Source of the DNA: Eledone cirrhosa
Lineage: Eukaryota
NCBI GenBank assembly: GCA_964016885.1
Contig: OZ024745.1
Location: 70,556,001 to 70,620,000, forward strand
DNA length: 64,000 bases
Reading direction: 5' to 3'
This document shows, in pieces, positions 60,053-64,000 of this stretch. A program made the translations under genes and the position numbers. The notes beneath the pieces are model-generated. The model had not been told where the DNA came from. It saw nothing but the letters and a program-made list of their open reading frames with translations, and made no database searches. Every line of letters begins with the position of its first letter. Position 1 is the first letter of the stretch.

Positions 60053-60293
60053 ACGAAAAATATATTAAATTGAATTAAATATTAAGACGTTCGCTATATA
60101 TAAATATATATATTTGATTAAGTATTTTAATAATAAGTATATGAAATGAATGTATAAAATTTAGTTACCACAATTTTGTTATTAAACTAGGAATATGAAA
60201 TAAATCATGATACAGGAAATGTATGTGTTGTACAATTTATGTATATTGTGTGTATATGTGGGCGAGTTTATAGACATGTGTGTTTGTGTGTGT

Positions 60294-60345
<52 letters not shown>

Positions 60346-63300
60346 ATTTACACCCTATGCCAAGTGTATATGTTTTTTTTTGTTTTGTTGTAAGCATTGA
60401 CTTGTAAAATATACCTTATATGATTTATTAAATACATCATAAATATTATACAAAAGTGAGTAATAAATGTGTAGCTAAACAAATACAATATAATATTTTC
60501 TTGTGATGAGAGAATTCTAACGTAAGCTTTTGATCTGAACATTTTTTTGTTTATTTTAATATTGGTTTAAAAAGAATTAAAGTCGCTGTTTTAACGAGTG
60601 TGTGTTAGAGTGACCTCGCATCTAAGTACATTTATAAATGATAAAACATTGATTTTTTATCTCTTTTTTAACATAAACACAGGCATGATATTGTAAGACA
60701 TTTTGGCTTTTCTCACAAGTATTATTGATGTAAGTAAATTGAAATAGATACATCGGGGAATCAAAATCTGTTCTCGCAACTTTGTTCACAGAGGGATTAG
60801 CCACTTTCCTTATGACGTATTGATTTCTAACATAAGCACTAGGCCACTATTTTTTGTAGAATGGGATTACAGTCAATTTTTCGTCTAAGGCGGTGAATTG
60901 GCAGGCGTTACGGCGTCGGATTTAATGCCTCGATATTATTTAACGACCAAACGGAGATAACTGTAATATTCTAAAATACAAAATCATGTCAGATTCGTTA
61001 AGCGCCGAAAGAAAGCTTTGTTGTGTTTTTTTCCAGCTCTCTGCACTATTAGTATTTCAGATTTTGCTGAGATCAACTTCGCCTTTCATATTTTGGGGCT
61101 TGATAAATTAGCAACAACTTAATTTCGATGGGTTGGCTGAATTGTTAAAACGTTGAAGGGCTACTTTGCCGTATAAGTTGCTGTTCATGTGAGTTTCTGA
61201 GTTCAAATCCCACCTCAGATAAATGAAGATAGTTATCAGTAATGGAAAGATGAATGGAATTATAATCGCATTGGTCCGATCTGATATTTGAATTATTTCC
61301 AGAAAATCTTTTATGTTGTCATTTTATTTTATTTTTCATCTCTGAATACAGACATGATTACATAACAAAAGGAGTTTCTTTTTAATATAAACAACAATAA
61401 GCGATAGATTTGACCATAATGTATTTATTTGTTGACACTAGATCTATAAGAAAGAAAGTTGATCCTTATGGGATTCTAAATCAGAATAGTGATGTATATT
61501 GACTATAAACAGATAATGCAAACCCGCCATTCTGGCTCCCAGCTGGTCTGTAATATATAACATACTTATTACAAGCATATATTAATTTACTTTGAAATCT
61601 TATATTAATTTACGTTGGAAGGAGACGAAGCTAATTCTATTTTTATACAAGCATTATAGAGGATTAAATAACTCCAGTATATTACTGGTAGATATCAAGA
61701 CGCGGTGACAAGTAAACTGAACCCATATAGAGTTTGAAAACCGTTTAAAACGTTCTCTATCCTTGTCTGGGCAAAGAGAATAACAACTTTAATGCTGGTA
61801 CATATGGGAGTAGAAGTAAATATGGGAATGCTGTCGGTTAAACTATGTGATTGATATCTAGTGTGCCCGTTAGAGTAATTCAACCTGCGATATATCTGAA
61901 GTAAATCTTAACTAGTTATTGCAGTGTGAAATGAAGTAAAATGGACTTCCAAGAGTTTTGACGATGTTCTTGCCATGTGTTTGACCAACGCAGCAAATAG
62001 AAAGCATTATTTTTATTTTTAGGTGGGTAAATCATTTGGTATTCAGCGATGAAAGGTAGAATCAGTAGAGTTGGGGGAGGGGGCAAATTGACTTGCAGTA
62101 TTTGTTAAAGCTTTTAAATCTCGCTAAGTTTAATTTTTCAGTTTATCATTCCGGTATCAATAAAACAAAACACTAATCAAAACCTGAGGGTAGGTTCCAT
62201 CAATATACTCCCACCCCCATATTGCTGGCCTATTGCCTGAATTAATATCTATTGTTTTACTGTCATCATAGGAAGGGTGAGTTCAGAGCTTTATGCTCAA
62301 TCGGTTATTTCTTCAAATTCAACAGATATATCGATATTGTGTGAGGTAGAAGTAGTAATAACGAAATAAAAATATATAAATGAGGTAGAACAGATTAAAC
62401 TACAAGAAAAACGATAACAAATTAACTGTTTCGAGCGCAACTTTGGCCTGCTTCATAGGAAATTAAGAAAACTCTCTCATCAAGCAGGATCAATACATGA
62501 TATAATATATAGTGATTTTGGACGAGAGGCCAACTAGGTAAATTGGATAGAAGAATAAGTGAAGAAATCTATGATACATGCTATTATATGTAAGTGTATA
62601 TATATATCAATGTATGTATGTATGTGTATATCACCAAAATATTGGTCTCTTAGCGTACTTATATAAGATTATGTTTACGTATGCACAAGTGTACACGGGA
62701 ACTTAGTGGCTATTTTAGACAGTATAGCGCAAACGAAACGTTAAATCTAGTGTTGCTTAAAACATGGGAAGAAGATAGAAAGAAATACTACAGAATTCTG
62801 CTAGAAATCTTACATTTTTTCGGTTCTATGTGACTTGTGATCCATATTGGATTTGCGTGTTTTTAATCTCAAGTAAAATGGTTGATAATTACATGGCAGG
62901 ACAGTAGCAGTAGACACACCCCATTACAGAGAAACAATCATTCAAAACGTTCTACAGAGGATACAAAGGAAGTGAAAACCATTTTTTGGAGGAGAAGAAT
63001 TCATGTAAACCTACGAACTCACAAAAAAACGCATAATAATTATTATATCTGAAATTATTTGAATTGTGGAGTTGTTTAAGAGACCTGCTCTATTTTGTGT
63101 AAACATTTCATGTAAAAATTACTATTTTGATGACATAGATGTTTTACACTACAAATACAATTACATAATACTGAAGGTAGTATACACTTTCTATGTATAC
63201 GACTGCTTATAATACAAACAAATATCATCAGCGTCCACGTAACTTCTTCAATGTGAGTATTTTTCTAGAGCCTTCCTTCTTTACTTTCACTAAAATTTGA

Positions 63301-63834
63301 ACATATAAACTATTTGTTTATTCTAAATTCCGACCATAACTTAATCGTTTGTTGTAACCGTCCAGTGTTAACTCAGTATAGATATTTAAACAAATCTACC
63401 TAGTGTGGCCTTGGATAATATTACCATTTACAATTGCCATGTTTTCAAATTAAATTAGTTGAACTAACTCAACACAATTCAACTTGTTTCATCGATTAAG
63501 AAGAGTTGAGGGTTTTTTTCTTCCCAATCACTTATTGATAAAGAAAAAAGGTTAAATAAGAAGTTTTGATATCTCATTTGAAGAATCTTTGTAACTTTCA
63601 AAATAGTACAGAAATTTTTGAAAGTAATAGTTTAAGAATCTATTATCACTAACAAACAGGACGATTGATATAAAACAGTTGCTATCGTATTTTTCTTGAA
63701 TAATAAGAGGTATTTGTTACACAACTCCAAATAATTCGGATAACGATTCGCGGGCAGACGATATCTGCTTGGAACTTTCGTGTTGGGAATTTCACAAAAC
63801 TGCAAAAATTGGAAGTATCAAGACTCTAGAGAAG

Positions 63835-63974
63835 ATGACGGAGATAAACGACGATTACGATGCGAGTGATGACATCGATCTCGACCCCATACATATGCAG
63901 GAACGCCTGGAGGATGAAATGAAACGGCGGATGGAAGGCAAAAAGAAAGGGGGTATTAACGCCAGCAAGTTGTT
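63835..63974 (+). CDS. Probable first coding exon of an unidentified host gene
   Basis: AAG-ATG context; MTEINDDYDASDDIDLDPIHMQERLEDEMKRRMEGKKKGGINASKL; GC/CpG-richer than the flanks; ends at donor GTGAGT (63975-63980), phase 2. Confidence 0.65.
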
Positions 63975-64000
63975 GTGAGTCTTTTAGAGTTTGGTTAGTA

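Overview
This is very AT-rich, microsatellite-saturated eukaryotic DNA. The SINE and repeat content suggests an octopus/cephalopod genome (inference). Nearly all ORFs in the track are translations of (TA)n, (CA)n, (GA)n or a 51-bp minisatellite (1933-8826, about 135 units). The real coding remnants are two decayed Penelope-like retroelements (PLEs), an inverted RTE-type LINE reverse transcriptase fragment (about 27850-28210) and a probable first coding exon of a host gene (63835-63974). One PLE is a Neptune-like GIY-YIG fragment at about 17700-18120 (minus strand); the other is a Naiad-like RT plus GIY-YIG at 36294-37772 (plus strand). The main hidden signal is more than 15 complete, degenerate or half minimal type I hammerhead ribozyme (HHR) motifs. 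They sit in short PLE-terminus islands fused to (TA)n tracts, usually as inverted or tandem pairs. Several long palindromes appear to be folded back exactly on HHR stem II, and two inverted copies of nearby host DNA sit in (TA)n next to PLE ends. All structures were read by eye; no folding or database search was run.
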